From assembly GCA_963792575.1 (NCBI GenBank), contig CAWBWZ010000010.1, positions 285,703 through 349,702 of the forward strand: DNA of 64,000 bases, written 5' to 3'. Position 1 is the first letter of the stretch. Each line of letters starts with the position of its first letter. The notes under the pieces were generated by a model. That model saw only the letters and a program-made list of their open reading frames with translations, was not told the DNA's origin and made no database searches. Below, in pieces: positions 33,069 through 44,402 of the stretch. Made by a program: the position numbers and the translations under genes. Source of the stretch: an uncultured Acidobacteriota bacterium (GTDB lineage: Bacteria; Acidobacteriota; Thermoanaerobaculia; Multivoradales; UBA5704).

Positions 33069-35553
33069 TTAGACCGGAGCGGGAGCCCGTCCGTCCAGCA
33101 GGCGACGGGCCTTGCCGGCGATCAGGAGGAAGCCGCGAATTCGAGCCTCCTGCTCGACCCCCTGGAGACGGGAGCGGTCGCCTTGCCGGGCTTCGATTCC
33201 TCCCAGGATCAGGCGAGCCTCCAGAGCCTGGGAGGCGAGTCCTGCCTGCTGAGCTCTGACAAGTGCCTCCTGGAGGATCTGGATCGCCGCGTCCCGCTCG
33301 CCCAACCGGTCGCGCACTCGCGCTTCCGCCAGGGACACCTCGATGTGAAGATCGGGACGCTCGCTGGGGCCGGCGAGCTCGCGAGCCTTTTCAATGGCGC
33401 TCTTGGCATCTGCCGGCCGGTCCTGCGCGAGGAGAGCGCGCGCCAGCAGCGCCTCGGCTTGAGCCTCTTGGTCTCGCATCCGTTCGCCACGGAACAGCGT
33501 GAGAGCCTCTTCGAGCTGATCGGCGGCATCTTCCGGGCGTAATTTCTCGAGGAGAACCGCTGCCAGCTTCAACCGGCTTTCAGCCACCGTCCGGTCCGTT
33601 TTGAGCCTGCGGCGCTGATCCAAAGCTTCCTGATAACTCTTCTCGGCCTTCTCTAGGTTCCCTTGGGCGATGGCTACATCCCCCAATCCCATGTAGGCCA
33701 GGGCGATCTCCTGTGGGGCTTTTGCCGCTTCCGCCATCTGCTGGAACTGCTCGAAACTATCCTCTGCCCATTTCAGCTCCATCCCCTGGAGCCGAACCTG
33801 CGCCAGGTTGGCGTAGAGCTGCCTCGCCTGTTCTTCCCCCCCTTCCAGATCCTGCGCCAGCGTGATTGCCTGCCTGCAACGCTGGACGGCCTCCGCGAGC
33901 TTCCCTTGCCTTTGCAGGAACAGGCCGAGATCGCCGAGGGCCTGCGCTTTGCCGGAGTCGTCCTCGATCGCTCCGAACTCCCGGACAGCGAGTTCGCCCG
34001 TGCGTTGCGCCTCCGCGAGCTTCCCTTGTTCGGAGAGGACCTGGGCAAGCCGGAGGTGCTGGGAAGCGAGCCCTCTCGGATTCTGCAGATCCTGATACAC
34101 CGCGATCAGTCTCCGGCGGGTCCGCTCCGCGCTCGCGAGCTTGCCTTGATCGAACAGGGCTTGGGCGAGCGCGTCCAGCGCCTGCGCTTCTCCGCGCCGG
34201 TCGTAAGCCTGCGCATAGTACTGGCGGGCTTTGTCGAAGTCGGGAATGGCCTCTTCCAGATCGTTGGACCTCGCTTGAGCGATTCCCCGGAAGAGCCGAG
34301 CCTTGGCTTCGAATAGCCGGTAGCCTTTTTTGCCTTCGACCGCCGCGATGGCCTTCGTGGCGGCCTCTCGCTGCAGCTGGTAATCCTGGACCGCATTCGC
34401 GGCCCAAGACTCCCACAGATGGAACCGAGGGTTTTCCTTCGCTTCGCTTTGCAGACTTTTCAGATCCCGCAGGGCTTCCCTGCCCTGCTCAGCTCCGATC
34501 CGGGACTCGACAAGCCCAAATCCATATTCGAGATGTCTGGAGCTTCCTGGATAGCCGGCCAGGAGTTGCTGGTACGCCTGGATCGCGGCATCCGATTCAC
34601 CGCGGATTCGCAGCAGGCGTGCCTTGATTTGAAGCCGTTCTTCCGGCGGGAACTGGGAGCTGCCATCGAACGCCCGCTGAGCTTCCTTTCCCGGATCGCC
34701 CAGACCGAGCCGTGCCAGCGCCTCGGCCCAGACGGAGCGAGCCGGAGGAAAGTCCTGGATTTTGAGCACCCTCTCGAAGGAGCGCCGGGCCAGAGGAGCG
34801 TCGAACCGGGCTAGAGACTCCAGGCCTTCAAGGTAACGCTCCCGGGCCTCCGGGGCCGACGGCAGACTATCGGGGGGCCCCGGACCGCGGCGGAGCCAGA
34901 GGCCACCGACCAGAATTAGGACGAGCAGCAGAGAAGAGAGGCCAGGCACCGGCGACAACCACCGCCGGCGCCTCGCTCTTGCGGGCGGTCGGTTCTTCAT
35001 CCCCGGTCGGCTTAGGGCTCCCGGCAAGGAGCACCGTGGCAGTAGCGGGAGAGTCCGCGCGCGGCAGTACTGGCAGGGGTCCCAACTCCGGCTTGACGAT
35101 CCTGGGCTGGCCAGTGAGATGACGCAGGAGACCGTCATACCCCTCCTCGGTATCAACCCGATAGCGAGTGTAGGCGCGAAGAGGGCGCAGGATCTGCTGC
35201 GGGTCCAGGTCCTCGAAAAGGATTGGGATAAACCTCTCGTTCTGCATCCCCGCGTCATAAAGATCCTGCACGATCAGTACGCTTTCGAAGGTTACGCCGT
35301 GGCCGACACCCGGCCGTTCCTCTCCCCGGGCCCGCCGGTAATAGATGGGAGTGCAGACGATCAGGACGAAATCGGCCTCTTCGACCTCGCGGTCCATCCA
35401 GCGCGGCCAACCTTCCACCGGAGCCGGATGGTACTGGTCGATCATGCAGTCCACGCCGTCACCGCGCAGGCGATCGGCCAGCAACCAGACCCTCTCGGAG
35501 TGAACCGGAGAGTCATGGCTATAGCTGATAAAAACCTTCGGCCTACGGACCAT
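33069..35553 (-). CDS. SEFIR/TIR domain - TM - TPR repeat protein (two ORFs probably joined by a frameshift near 35030)
   Basis: N-terminal VFISYSHDS...DQY...GWPRWM...ADFVLIVCT...GVTFES (SEFIR); TM LLLVLILVGGLWL and many TPRs in the overlapping ORF. Confidence 0.75.
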
Positions 35554-35706
35554 GGCTCTCCCTCGCGGACAGAGTGTCTGACGACCTCATACCCTTCCCG
35601 GGTTGGCGTGTTATTCTTTATTGTAACGGTTAACAAGCTCGCATCTCGACAGGCGCCTCAGGAAACAGGGGTGTCCGCCGCGTTTGCAGACCCGGGAGGT
35701 CCTTTC

Positions 35707-37050
35707 ATGACTCGAAGGCCGATGCTTCTTCTCTGGCTGGTGTTCACCTGTCTTCTGGGCCTGCCCCCGCGCGCGGCTGCCGTGATCCAGACCATCGACG
35801 ACGTTCCCGCCGCTACCCTGCTGCTCCCATACTTCGAGGTGGACCTCGACGACCCGAACGGGCAAACCACGCTACTCTCGGTCAACAACGCTTCAGCGAC
35901 CGCGGTCCTCGCTCATGTGGTGATCTGGTCTGATCTCTCGGTCCCGGTGCTCGATTTCAACCTGTACCTGACCGGCTTCGACGTGCAAACGATTAATCTG
36001 CGTGACATCCTGGTCAACGGTGTGCTGCCGCGGACTGCGTCCGACGGGCAAGATCCGAACGACACGGTCAGCCCGCAGGGTTCTCTCTCTCAGGACATCA
36101 ACTTCGCCAGTTGCGGTGGCCTGCTTCCCCCGCCACCCTTGCCGCAGTTTTTCCTCGCCCATCTGCAAAGCTCGCTGACCGGCAAGGCGTCCGCCATTCT
36201 GGGCAACCGTTGCGCCGGACGGAACCTGGGGGACAACGTCGCGCGCGGCTACGCCACCGTCGACACGGTCAATAACTGCACGCTCCGCTTCCCTGGAGAC
36301 TCTGGCTACTTCGCACCCGGTGGCACGGGGGACGCCACAAACCAGAACGTGCTGTGGGGCGACTATTTCTTCGTCAATCCTGGCCGCAACTTCGCCGAAG
36401 GCGAGACACTGGTGCACATCGAGGCGTCGGCGACCGACTGCGAGACCTCAATCTCGGGCCAGTACACTTTTTATGGCCGGTACGTGGGTTGGACGGCAGC
36501 CGACAATCGCGAGCCGCTGGCTTCCGGCTTCGAAGCGCGATACGTGAACGGCGGTGCCTTCAATGGCGGCACCGAGCTTCTGGTCTGGCGCGACTCGAAG
36601 GTCAACCAGGGCGCGTTCACCTGCCCGGCCGCCGCCGGGGTCAACCCCTCGTGGTATCCGCTCGGGCAGGAAGAGATCGTCATCTTCGACGAGGCAGAAA
36701 ACCCGTCGGTGCAGGAGACCTTCCCGGTTTCACCTCAGCCGCCGGGACAGAGCTTCATTCCTTTTCCCGCCGAAGCCCAGCGTGTAACTGTAGGCGGTCC
36801 TACGTTCCCAGTCCCGTTCGACTTCGGTTGGCTAGATCTCAACTTGAACACCACCGTCACGAGTAATCCCAACCCGCCCGAAGATCCGGCGGCGGCTCAG
36901 GCCTGGGTAACGATCCGGATGAAGGCCGAGGTGGTGGGAGTGGCCCAGACTAAAGACGGCGGCAGTGGCCGTTACAGCGTCGGCTACGATGCAGTAAAGC
37001 CTGATTGTGCCTGCAAAGCCCGGCATAAGATGCCACGCAGTAACAGGTAG
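35707..37050 (+). CDS. Secreted hypothetical protein (TIDDVPAATLLLPYFEVDL family)
   Basis: RBS GGAGG; signal peptide MTRRPMLLLWLVFTCLLGLPPRAAA; codon usage consistent with coding. Confidence 0.75.
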   Translation: MTRRPMLLLWLVFTCLLGLPPRAAAVIQTIDDVPAATLLLPYFEVDLDDPNGQTTLLSVNNASATAVLAHVVIWSDLSVPVLDFNLYLTGFDVQTINLRDILVNGVLPRTASDGQDPNDTVSPQGSLSQDINFASCGGLLPPPPLPQFFLAHLQSSLTGKASAILGNRCAGRNLGDNVARGYATVDTVNNCTLRFPGDSGYFAPGGTGDATNQNVLWGDYFFVNPGRNFAEGETLVHIEASATDCETSISGQYTFYGRYVGWTAADNREPLASGFEARYVNGGAFNGGTELLVWRDSKVNQGAFTCPAAAGVNPSWYPLGQEEIVIFDEAENPSVQETFPVSPQPPGQSFIPFPAEAQRVTVGGPTFPVPFDFGWLDLNLNTTVTSNPNPPEDPAAAQAWVTIRMKAEVVGVAQTKDGGSGRYSVGYDAVKPDCACKARHKMPRSNR

Positions 37051-37089
37051 ACGAATCAGCGGAAACCGACCGGCCGGTCAAGGAGGCCT

Positions 37090-40000
37090 TTGGAGAAGCC
37101 TAGGTACGACGCCTTCCTGTCGCACGCGACTCCGGACAAGCCGGCGGTCGAGGAGCTGGCGCGCCTTCTCAAGAAGCGGGGATTCGAGCCCTGGCTCGAC
37201 AAGTGGAACCTCATCCCCGGCGAGCCCTGGCAGGAGGCGATCGAAAAAGCCCTGGAGAACTGCGCGGCCTGCGCGGTCTGCCTCGGCCCGAGCGGCACCG
37301 GCCCCTGGCAGAACGAGGAGATGCGCGCGGCGATCGATAGCCGGGTCTCCGGAGAGCGGGGGCCATTTCGAGTCATCCCCGTCCTGCTCCCTGGGGCCGA
37401 ACGCGGGGAGCCAAGCCGGCTCCCGGCCTTCCTCCGCGCCACCACCTGGGTCGAGTTCCGGGAAACTCTGGACGACGAGAAGGCCCTGCACCGCCTCGAT
37501 TGCGGCATCCGGGGCATTCCACCCGGCTCCGATCCCGGCGAGGCCGTTGCCGAGGGCGCCTGTCCCTACCGCGGCCTGCAGGTCTTCGACATCGGTGACG
37601 CCCTCTTCTTCTTCGGCCGCGAGGCCCTGACCGGGTGGCTCCTCGACAAGCTCCGGACGGATCGCACCGGCAACCGCTTCCTCGCCATCGTCGGCCCCTC
37701 GGGCAGCGGCAAGTCCTCCCTGGCCCGCGCCGGTCTCGTCGCCAATCTGAAACGAGGGGAGATCCCCGGCAGCGACGCTTGGCCGGTCGCGATCTGCAAG
37801 CCCGGCGCGCAGCCGCTCGAAAGCCTCGCCGTCGCCCTCGCCGGCGCGGCCCGCCTGGGCGACTCGCCATCCGCCGTCCGCGAGCTGATCCGCGATCTCG
37901 GCACGGACCCGCGCATGCTCCACCTGACGACCCGCGTCTCCCTGCGGGACGCACCGGCGGACCGGCGGCTCGTCATATTCGTGGACCAGTTCGAGGAGAT
38001 CTTCACCCTCTGCCCCGACGAGGCCCAGCGCAAGTCGATCATCGCCAACCTCCTCCACGCCGCCACGGCGGCCGACGGCCAGACCATCGTCGTCGTCACG
38101 CTCCGCGCCGACTTCTACGGCCGTTGCGCCGCCTATCCGGATCTAGCGGCGGCCGTCTCGGATCGCCAATCCCTCGTGGGCCCGATGACCCGCGACGAGC
38201 TCCGGAGCGCTGTCGAGCGCCCGGCCTATCTCACCGGCTGCGAGTTGGAGGGGGGTCTCGCCGATCTCCTGCTGAATGAGGTCGCGGCCCAGCCGGGCTC
38301 CCTGCCTCTGCTCGAGCACGCCCTGCTCCAGATCTGGCAGCGCCGCGAAGGAGGCCGGCGCCTCACTGTCGCCGCCTACCACGAGATCGGCGGCGTGGCC
38401 GGGGCCCTGGAAAAACACGCCGAGGAGGTCTACTCGGATTTTGCTGAGGAGGAGAAAGAGACCTGCCGCCGCGTCTTCCTCCGATTGGTCCAAGTGGACG
38501 AGCAGGAAAAGGCGACGAAGCGTCGCCAGGGCCTCGACGATCTCGCACCGGCGTCCGAGGTGGACGGTAGAGTAATGGCGACCGTCATCAGCCGGCTCAC
38601 GAATGCCCGCCTGCTGACGACCGATCAGGAAAAACGCCCCACGATCGAGTTGGCGCATGAAGCGCTCTTCAGCAACTGGGACCGCCTAAAACAATGGATC
38701 GAGCAGGATAGAGAGGCCCTTCAGATTCGGCGCCGACTGGACCAGTCTGCCGCAGACTGGATTGGTGCCGGCCGTGACAGAGGCATTCTCTATCGAGGAG
38801 ATCGATTGGCTCGAGCTAAAGACTGGGCTGATAGCCATCCAGGAGAGCTGAGCGCGGATACATGGGAATTCCTCACGACAAGCGTCTCCGCTCGGGATGA
38901 AGAGCGTATACGAGAGTTGGCTCAGGCCAGGCGACAAAAAGCTTTGACTCTCGCTTTTGCTACTATGGCGGCGATAACCACGATTGTCGCGATATTCGCC
39001 ATCGGTATGTCGCGCGTCGCGAGAACTCAAAAAAAGATGGCTCTCGCTAGCGAACTCACCGTACGCTCCCAGAGTGCTCTGCCGTCGGATGATCCTCAAC
39101 TCGAGCTTCTGCTTGCGGTCCAATCGCTCAACATGGCCCAGGAGTTTAAAAAACCTTATTGGTCGAGGGCTCAATCCGCGCTGAGACAGACACTCTCTCA
39201 ATCCGGCGGCATCCCCATTCCTGTCGGGCTGGCTACTTCGTCCTTCCTAACTCTAGACCGGCGTTGGCTAGCCACCGTGGGAAAGGATCTCCACCTTCGG
39301 CTTTGGGACTTAACCGCAGAAGCCCCTTGGTCCTTTAGCCGGGATCTCGGCACGCTACCGACCACTAATTCTGCGTCACCGACAGTTTCAATATACGCAA
39401 AGAATAGCTGGCTCATGATAGCTGGACTACAACGCTCATGGCTTTTGGATCTGAAAAACCCTAGCGCGAAACTCTCTACGTCGACCCCCCTCAAAGGAGA
39501 GGATTGGCCCTTTGAGGGCGACCCATTTAGCCCCGACGGTCATTGGCTAGTGACTAGGCAAGGCGCTGACTTGTTGCTGAGAAATATGGACAATATAAAA
39601 AAGAGGCCCCAACTTCTGAGCGAGTGGACAGGAGGCCCTCTCTGCTTCAGCCAAGATAGCCTTACTTTGGCCGAGGGTTCAAGAAAAGCAGTACAAATCT
39701 GGAATCTGACATCACCTTCTTCTTTACCTCGCTTAGTCAACCTTCCTCTTCCGGAGTCCAATCTACCCAAAGATGCGGAGCCGCTGAAAAAGCTTCGTAG
39801 GCTGTCAGACCCCGAGCGCGATACGTATGGCACTGAGTCTCTTATACGGACTCTTACTTTCGATACTGACAAAGGCGTCTTTATCGCGACCGCAAAGTTG
39901 CCGCTGTCTCAAAGTATCGGCTTTTGGACGATTCGCGCGGACGGCAACCTCAAGGGCCCCAGCCTGCTTGACGGATGCACAAATGAAAGAGCTATTACGC

Positions 40001-41373
40001 ATTCAAAGGCTGCTCTCTTCTTCTGCCACGCTGAGGGAAAAAGCGGGCTCTGGATGACAAGACCAACGAAAGGCAACAGTGTCTCTTCATCCGCTACCTG
40101 GAAGTTTGACGCCTCCCGAGCTGATCTAAGCCCTGATGAAATTTGGGTTGCGGCCGAAGACAGCAGGGGAAATATTTATCTAGGAAAGAAATCTGACCAA
40201 GGATTTAAAGAGCCTGTTCTCATGAAACAAGCGACGCCGGTGACTATGGTCGGGTTCTCGGCCACGAGCCGTTGGCTGATAACCCAGGGCGGCAGCGAGG
40301 CTCCACGGCTCTGGGACCTGGGCCGAGGCGTAGATATTCCGTATTTCGAGCCTCGTATACTTCCAATCAATCCCGAATCGATTCTTAGAGTCGATGCGAG
40401 CGGAAATTTATTACGCCGAGATCAACGCTCAAAGCGGCTGCGCTTGTGGAAGCTGACGGGGGAACCAAAGACTCAGGAATTCCCAGGCTCCGAAGCTTCC
40501 ACCTCTCCTTTGGCATTGAGCTCCGATGGTCGCTCGTTTGTAGCCGGTCGAAAAGACGGAACTTTGTTGCTTTGGCGAATTCACTTCGACGGCAGAGTAC
40601 TTCAGCCGACAGTGCTACCGGTAAGACTGCGGCTCGGTACACTAGCCCTTAGTCCGAGTGGACGCTGGCTCGCTGCAGTTGATCTGGATGGCAAGGCGTC
40701 CTTGTGGAATTTACAGGGAACAATGATGGCTACCTATTTGCTCCCAGACGTTGAATCCACCCAAGCGTTATCTTTCTCCGCTCGCGATGACCTGCTCGCA
40801 GCCATCGAACCTGCGCAATCACACGCAACTATCTATAAGATAGTTTTAGGCGAAGAAGGAATTAGCTTAAGAGACAAGAAATCCTTCTCTATTTCCTTGA
40901 ACTCGCCTCAAGCTATTGCGTTTAGCCCCAGTGATAACTGGCTCGCGATCGGGGGTGAGGACCGCAGCATCCAGATCCTGACACCCTCTGGCGAAGAGGT
41001 CTTGCTCGAGAGTCATGTATCCAGCGTCAGATCTTTATCCTTCAGCTCTGACGGCCGGTGGCTAGCCGCCGGGGGACGCGACGGTACGATTCAACTCTGG
41101 AGATGGGATGGTAAAGAAACCGAAACGAAACCAATTATTTTGGCAGGTCACTCAGGGACGATATCCTCGCTGGCGTTCACTCCACAAGGGCTGGTATCGT
41201 CGGCAGGCGACGGAACCGTACGCCTGTGGGAGTTGAGCACCCAAGGGCTCATCCAACGCGGGTGCCAGAGCGCTGGGCGAAACCTTACCCTGAAGGAGTG
41301 GAAGACCTACATCCCCTCTGAGCCTTACCAAGAAAGCGAACCCTGCCCTGGGCTCCCCAGAGCGCCCGATTAG
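37090..41373 (+). CDS. TIR - nSTAND1 NTPase - TM - WD40 repeat protein (NLR-like)
   Basis: YDAFLSH...WLDKW...WQNEE TIR; CPYRGL, FFGRE; Walker A GPSGSGKSS; VDQFEE; LPLL; HEAL; C-terminal WD40s (FSSDGRWLAAGGRDGTIQLW). Confidence 0.9.
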   Translation: MEKPRYDAFLSHATPDKPAVEELARLLKKRGFEPWLDKWNLIPGEPWQEAIEKALENCAACAVCLGPSGTGPWQNEEMRAAIDSRVSGERGPFRVIPVLLPGAERGEPSRLPAFLRATTWVEFRETLDDEKALHRLDCGIRGIPPGSDPGEAVAEGACPYRGLQVFDIGDALFFFGREALTGWLLDKLRTDRTGNRFLAIVGPSGSGKSSLARAGLVANLKRGEIPGSDAWPVAICKPGAQPLESLAVALAGAARLGDSPSAVRELIRDLGTDPRMLHLTTRVSLRDAPADRRLVIFVDQFEEIFTLCPDEAQRKSIIANLLHAATAADGQTIVVVTLRADFYGRCAAYPDLAAAVSDRQSLVGPMTRDELRSAVERPAYLTGCELEGGLADLLLNEVAAQPGSLPLLEHALLQIWQRREGGRRLTVAAYHEIGGVAGALEKHAEEVYSDFAEEEKETCRRVFLRLVQVDEQEKATKRRQGLDDLAPASEVDGRVMATVISRLTNARLLTTDQEKRPTIELAHEALFSNWDRLKQWIEQDREALQIRRRLDQSAADWIGAGRDRGILYRGDRLARAKDWADSHPGELSADTWEFLTTSVSARDEERIRELAQARRQKALTLAFATMAAITTIVAIFAIGMSRVARTQKKMALASELTVRSQSALPSDDPQLELLLAVQSLNMAQEFKKPYWSRAQSALRQTLSQSGGIPIPVGLATSSFLTLDRRWLATVGKDLHLRLWDLTAEAPWSFSRDLGTLPTTNSASPTVSIYAKNSWLMIAGLQRSWLLDLKNPSAKLSTSTPLKGEDWPFEGDPFSPDGHWLVTRQGADLLLRNMDNIKKRPQLLSEWTGGPLCFSQDSLTLAEGSRKAVQIWNLTSPSSLPRLVNLPLPESNLPKDAEPLKKLRRLSDPERDTYGTESLIRTLTFDTDKGVFIATAKLPLSQSIGFWTIRADGNLKGPSLLDGCTNERAITHSKAALFFCHAEGKSGLWMTRPTKGNSVSSSATWKFDASRADLSPDEIWVAAEDSRGNIYLGKKSDQGFKEPVLMKQATPVTMVGFSATSRWLITQGGSEAPRLWDLGRGVDIPYFEPRILPINPESILRVDASGNLLRRDQRSKRLRLWKLTGEPKTQEFPGSEASTSPLALSSDGRSFVAGRKDGTLLLWRIHFDGRVLQPTVLPVRLRLGTLALSPSGRWLAAVDLDGKASLWNLQGTMMATYLLPDVESTQALSFSARDDLLAAIEPAQSHATIYKIVLGEEGISLRDKKSFSISLNSPQAIAFSPSDNWLAIGGEDRSIQILTPSGEEVLLESHVSSVRSLSFSSDGRWLAAGGRDGTIQLWRWDGKETETKPIILAGHSGTISSLAFTPQGLVSSAGDGTVRLWELSTQGLIQRGCQSAGRNLTLKEWKTYIPSEPYQESEPCPGLPRAPD

Positions 41374-41389
41374 TCTCTGCCTTTCCCGC

Positions 41390-42400
41390 CTACCCATAGC
41401 TCTCATGATGCTCCCGGTCCGGGGGCACGCCGATCGTCTTGAGGGCGGCGAGCGTGGTCTCCAGGAAGCGGGGCTGGGGCTCCTCGCCGCGCTCGCGGGC
41501 TCCGGCTTTGTCGAAGTTCGAGAGGCCGGGGCCGCAGGTGTAGACCTCGACGGCCGTGGGGTCCGGGATGAACTCCCGCAGCAGCTCCTCGCTCACCCGG
41601 CCCTGGCGGATGTCCAGCCCGGGGAAGGTCCGCCGCTCCCGCGAGATGGCGTGGACGATCCGGAATTTGTCCGGGAAGCGATCCGCGAGCGCCTGGAGCT
41701 GGTGGCGGTAGATGATGTCGTCCCAGGTCTTGTTGCCGTAGATCAGGGTGTGCCGCAGGTTCATCCCCGTCTCCAGACAGAACTTGAGGAGGGCATAGTT
41801 CGGCACGATCCCCGAGCCGGCGCAGACGTGGATGAGGTGGTCGGTGCGCGTCTCGACGTCGGGGGAGAGGACGTACGGACCGCCGATGCCGGTCGCCTTC
41901 ATGCTCATCCCCGGCTGCACGCTGTAGGTCAGGAACGGCGAGAGCAGCGGCGGGTACTTGGTCTGCCCCTTGACGTAAGTCTCCGCCTTGATCGTGATCG
42001 CCAGCTGCTTCTCGTGCGGCGCCGAGGTCAGGGAGTAGGCGCGCCCCGGCTCCTTCTTCCCCTTCATGACCTCGAAGTAGTCGCAGAGGCTCGCCAGCGC
42101 CGGGAACTGCTGCGGCCGGATGGTGATGAACTGCCCCGCCTGGTACTCCAGCCGCTCGCCGCCGGCGAAGAGGTTCAGCGTCACGGTGTCCGCCGTCTCC
42201 CAGATCACCTCGGTGATGATCAGCTCCATCTCGCGGATCTTCTGCCGCGGCGCCTTCGCCGGCGCGGCCTGTGTGGCCGCCATGGAAGGAAGGTGGTTGT
42301 CCGGCACGGCGATGGATGGGACCTCAGGCTCGGCCATTCTCTGCTCTCCCTTCAGCGGTTCATCGGGGCGGATCGGCGGCGTTTTTTGAGTGGCGATCAT
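41390..42400 (-). CDS. Ferredoxin-NADP reductase-like FAD/NAD-binding oxidoreductase
   Basis: YQAGQF, RAYSLTS, CAGSGIVP, YTCGP motifs; start 42400 (overlapping upstream stop) or 42337. Confidence 0.82.
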   Translation of the reverse strand: MIATQKTPPIRPDEPLKGEQRMAEPEVPSIAVPDNHLPSMAATQAAPAKAPRQKIREMELIITEVIWETADTVTLNLFAGGERLEYQAGQFITIRPQQFPALASLCDYFEVMKGKKEPGRAYSLTSAPHEKQLAITIKAETYVKGQTKYPPLLSPFLTYSVQPGMSMKATGIGGPYVLSPDVETRTDHLIHVCAGSGIVPNYALLKFCLETGMNLRHTLIYGNKTWDDIIYRHQLQALADRFPDKFRIVHAISRERRTFPGLDIRQGRVSEELLREFIPDPTAVEVYTCGPGLSNFDKAGARERGEEPQPRFLETTLAALKTIGVPPDREHHESYG

Positions 42401-44045
42401 TCTAAGCCCATTCCCTGGGTCTTGATCACCGGCCGTTTGCCGGTGGCCTCGTCGTCGATCGCCACGCCCTCCCACTCGATCCGGTAGACCGGCACCGGCC
42501 GCGCCTTCCCTCGCAACGGCCAGGGGGTGAGCGCCGACACCGGCGGCGGCTGGCCGAGGGCGGCGTAGAACGGCTCGGCGATCAGGATCTCCCCCGGCCC
42601 GGCCTCCGAGCAGAGGCGCGCGGCGGTGTTCACCGCGTCGCCGATCACCGTGTACTCCAGCCGCCGCTGACTGCCGATGTTGCCGGCGAAGACCTCGCCG
42701 GCGTTAATGCCGATGCCGATCGACAGCTCCGGCCGCCCCAGGAGCGCCCAGCGCGCGTTGAGCCGCCCGAGCACCTGCTGCATGGCGATCGCCGCCCGGT
42801 TGGCGCGGTCGGCGTCGTCGACGTGGGCGATCGGCGCCCCCCAGAGCGCCATCAGCGCGTCGCCCATGAACTTGTCGAGGGTGCCGCCGTAGCGGAAGAC
42901 GATCTCCACCATCTCGGTGAAGTAGTCGGTCAGCAGGCTGGCGATCGCGTCCGGGTTCATCCGCTCCGACAGCGAGGTGAAGCCGCGGATGTCGGAGAAG
43001 AGCACGACGACCTGCCGCTTGGCGCCGCCGAGCTGGATCTCCCCCTCCTGGCCGGCGATCTGGCGGGCGAGGTCGGGCGCGAAGTAGCGCTGGAAGTTGG
43101 AGAGCACCACCGCCTCGCGCCGCATGCGCTCGATCAGCTGGCCGTTCTCGATCCCCACCGCCGCCATGCCGGCGAAGGCGGTGAAGAACTCGAGGTCCTC
43201 CTCGGTGAACGAGTGGCCGATCCCCACGCTGTCGAGATAGATGATGCCGAGCACCGTCCCCTGGCTCCCCAGCAGCGGCGCGCAGAGGGCGCTCTCGATC
43301 TCCGCCCCGGCATCCTCCTCGGCCGGCACGTTCTCCGAGAGCACCGCCACCCGCTCCTCCACCGCCTTGCGGGCGATCGCCCGCGGCACCCGCCAGCTGC
43401 CGGCCGGCGCCTCGACCCGGCTGCGCCAGACCCGCGGCACCAGCTCGCCGCCGTCCTCGGAGGTCATCACGGCCACGCGGTCGACGTTCATCACCTGGAA
43501 GATGAGCCCTACGACCTTGTCGAGCAGCCGGTCGACCTCGGTCTGCCGCGAGAGCTCCTTGGCGATGTCGAGCAGAAGGTTGAGCTTGCGCGCCTGGCGG
43601 TCTTCGAGGGATTGGCCGGCGATCCGGAGCAGCGAGGAGCCGGGGGGGCCTCGGCGAGCTGCGAGGCGATGTCCGACCGGCCGCTCACCGGCACCTGGCG
43701 GAGGATCGTGGCGTCGAGCGACCCCTCCCCCTCGAACCTCTCCTCCTCCAGCGCCGGCGGCTGGACCACCTGCACCTCGAAGTCCACCTTGCCGAAGGCG
43801 ACCCGCGAGCCGGGGGTGGCGAGCGCGTCGATGATCCGCACGCCGTCGAGATAGGTGCCGTTGGTCGACCCCACGTCGCGCACCCGCACCCCGGCCCCGG
43901 CGAGCTCCAGCTCGGCGTGGCGGCGCGAGACCGTCGGGTCCTGGATCGGCAGGTCGCACGACGCCACGCGGCCCACGGTGAACGGACGACCGCCCGTGAT
44001 CAGGACCGAGGGGCTTCCAGTGGCGGCGACCAGCTTCAAGATCAA
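42397..44045 (-). CDS. FHA - GAF - class III adenylate/guanylate cyclase (frameshift near 43645)
   Basis: GR...VSRRHA...GSTNGT FHA; ALCAPL...GIIYLDS GAF; FSDIRGFT, DKFMGDA, YTVIGDAVNTAARL cyclase. Confidence 0.88.
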
Positions 44046-44212
44046 AGAAGGGCCTCTTCTCCAGGGACCGCGATGGCACGAGTCCGGATCGAATAAAGGT
44101 ACTACAAACGCGTGGCGGGGCCGGGGAAATCGCCCCCTCATTTTACGGTTGAACACCCCGGAACGTCTGTGGTACCCTTCGCGGGTCCGATGGCGGTTCT
44201 TATTGGACATAT

Positions 44213-44288
44213 GGCGCATTCGTCTAGGGGTCCAGGACGTCGCCCTCTCACGGCGGTAACACGGGTTCGAATCCCGTATGCGCTACCA
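44213..44288 (+). tRNA. tRNA-Glu (CTC)
   Basis: Acceptor GGCGCAT/ATGCGCT, anticodon loop CTCTCAC, GGTTCGAATCC T-arm, encoded CCA. Confidence 0.95.
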
Positions 44289-44402
44289 GACGTTCCCCAG
44301 GGGCGGTTAGGTACTGTAATGTCCTCGTAGAATGAGGTACTTACGGTAGTTTAGCCTGTCTATCCCTGACCTCCAGGTTGCGGGGAGGCTCTGGGGGCTG
44401 AG

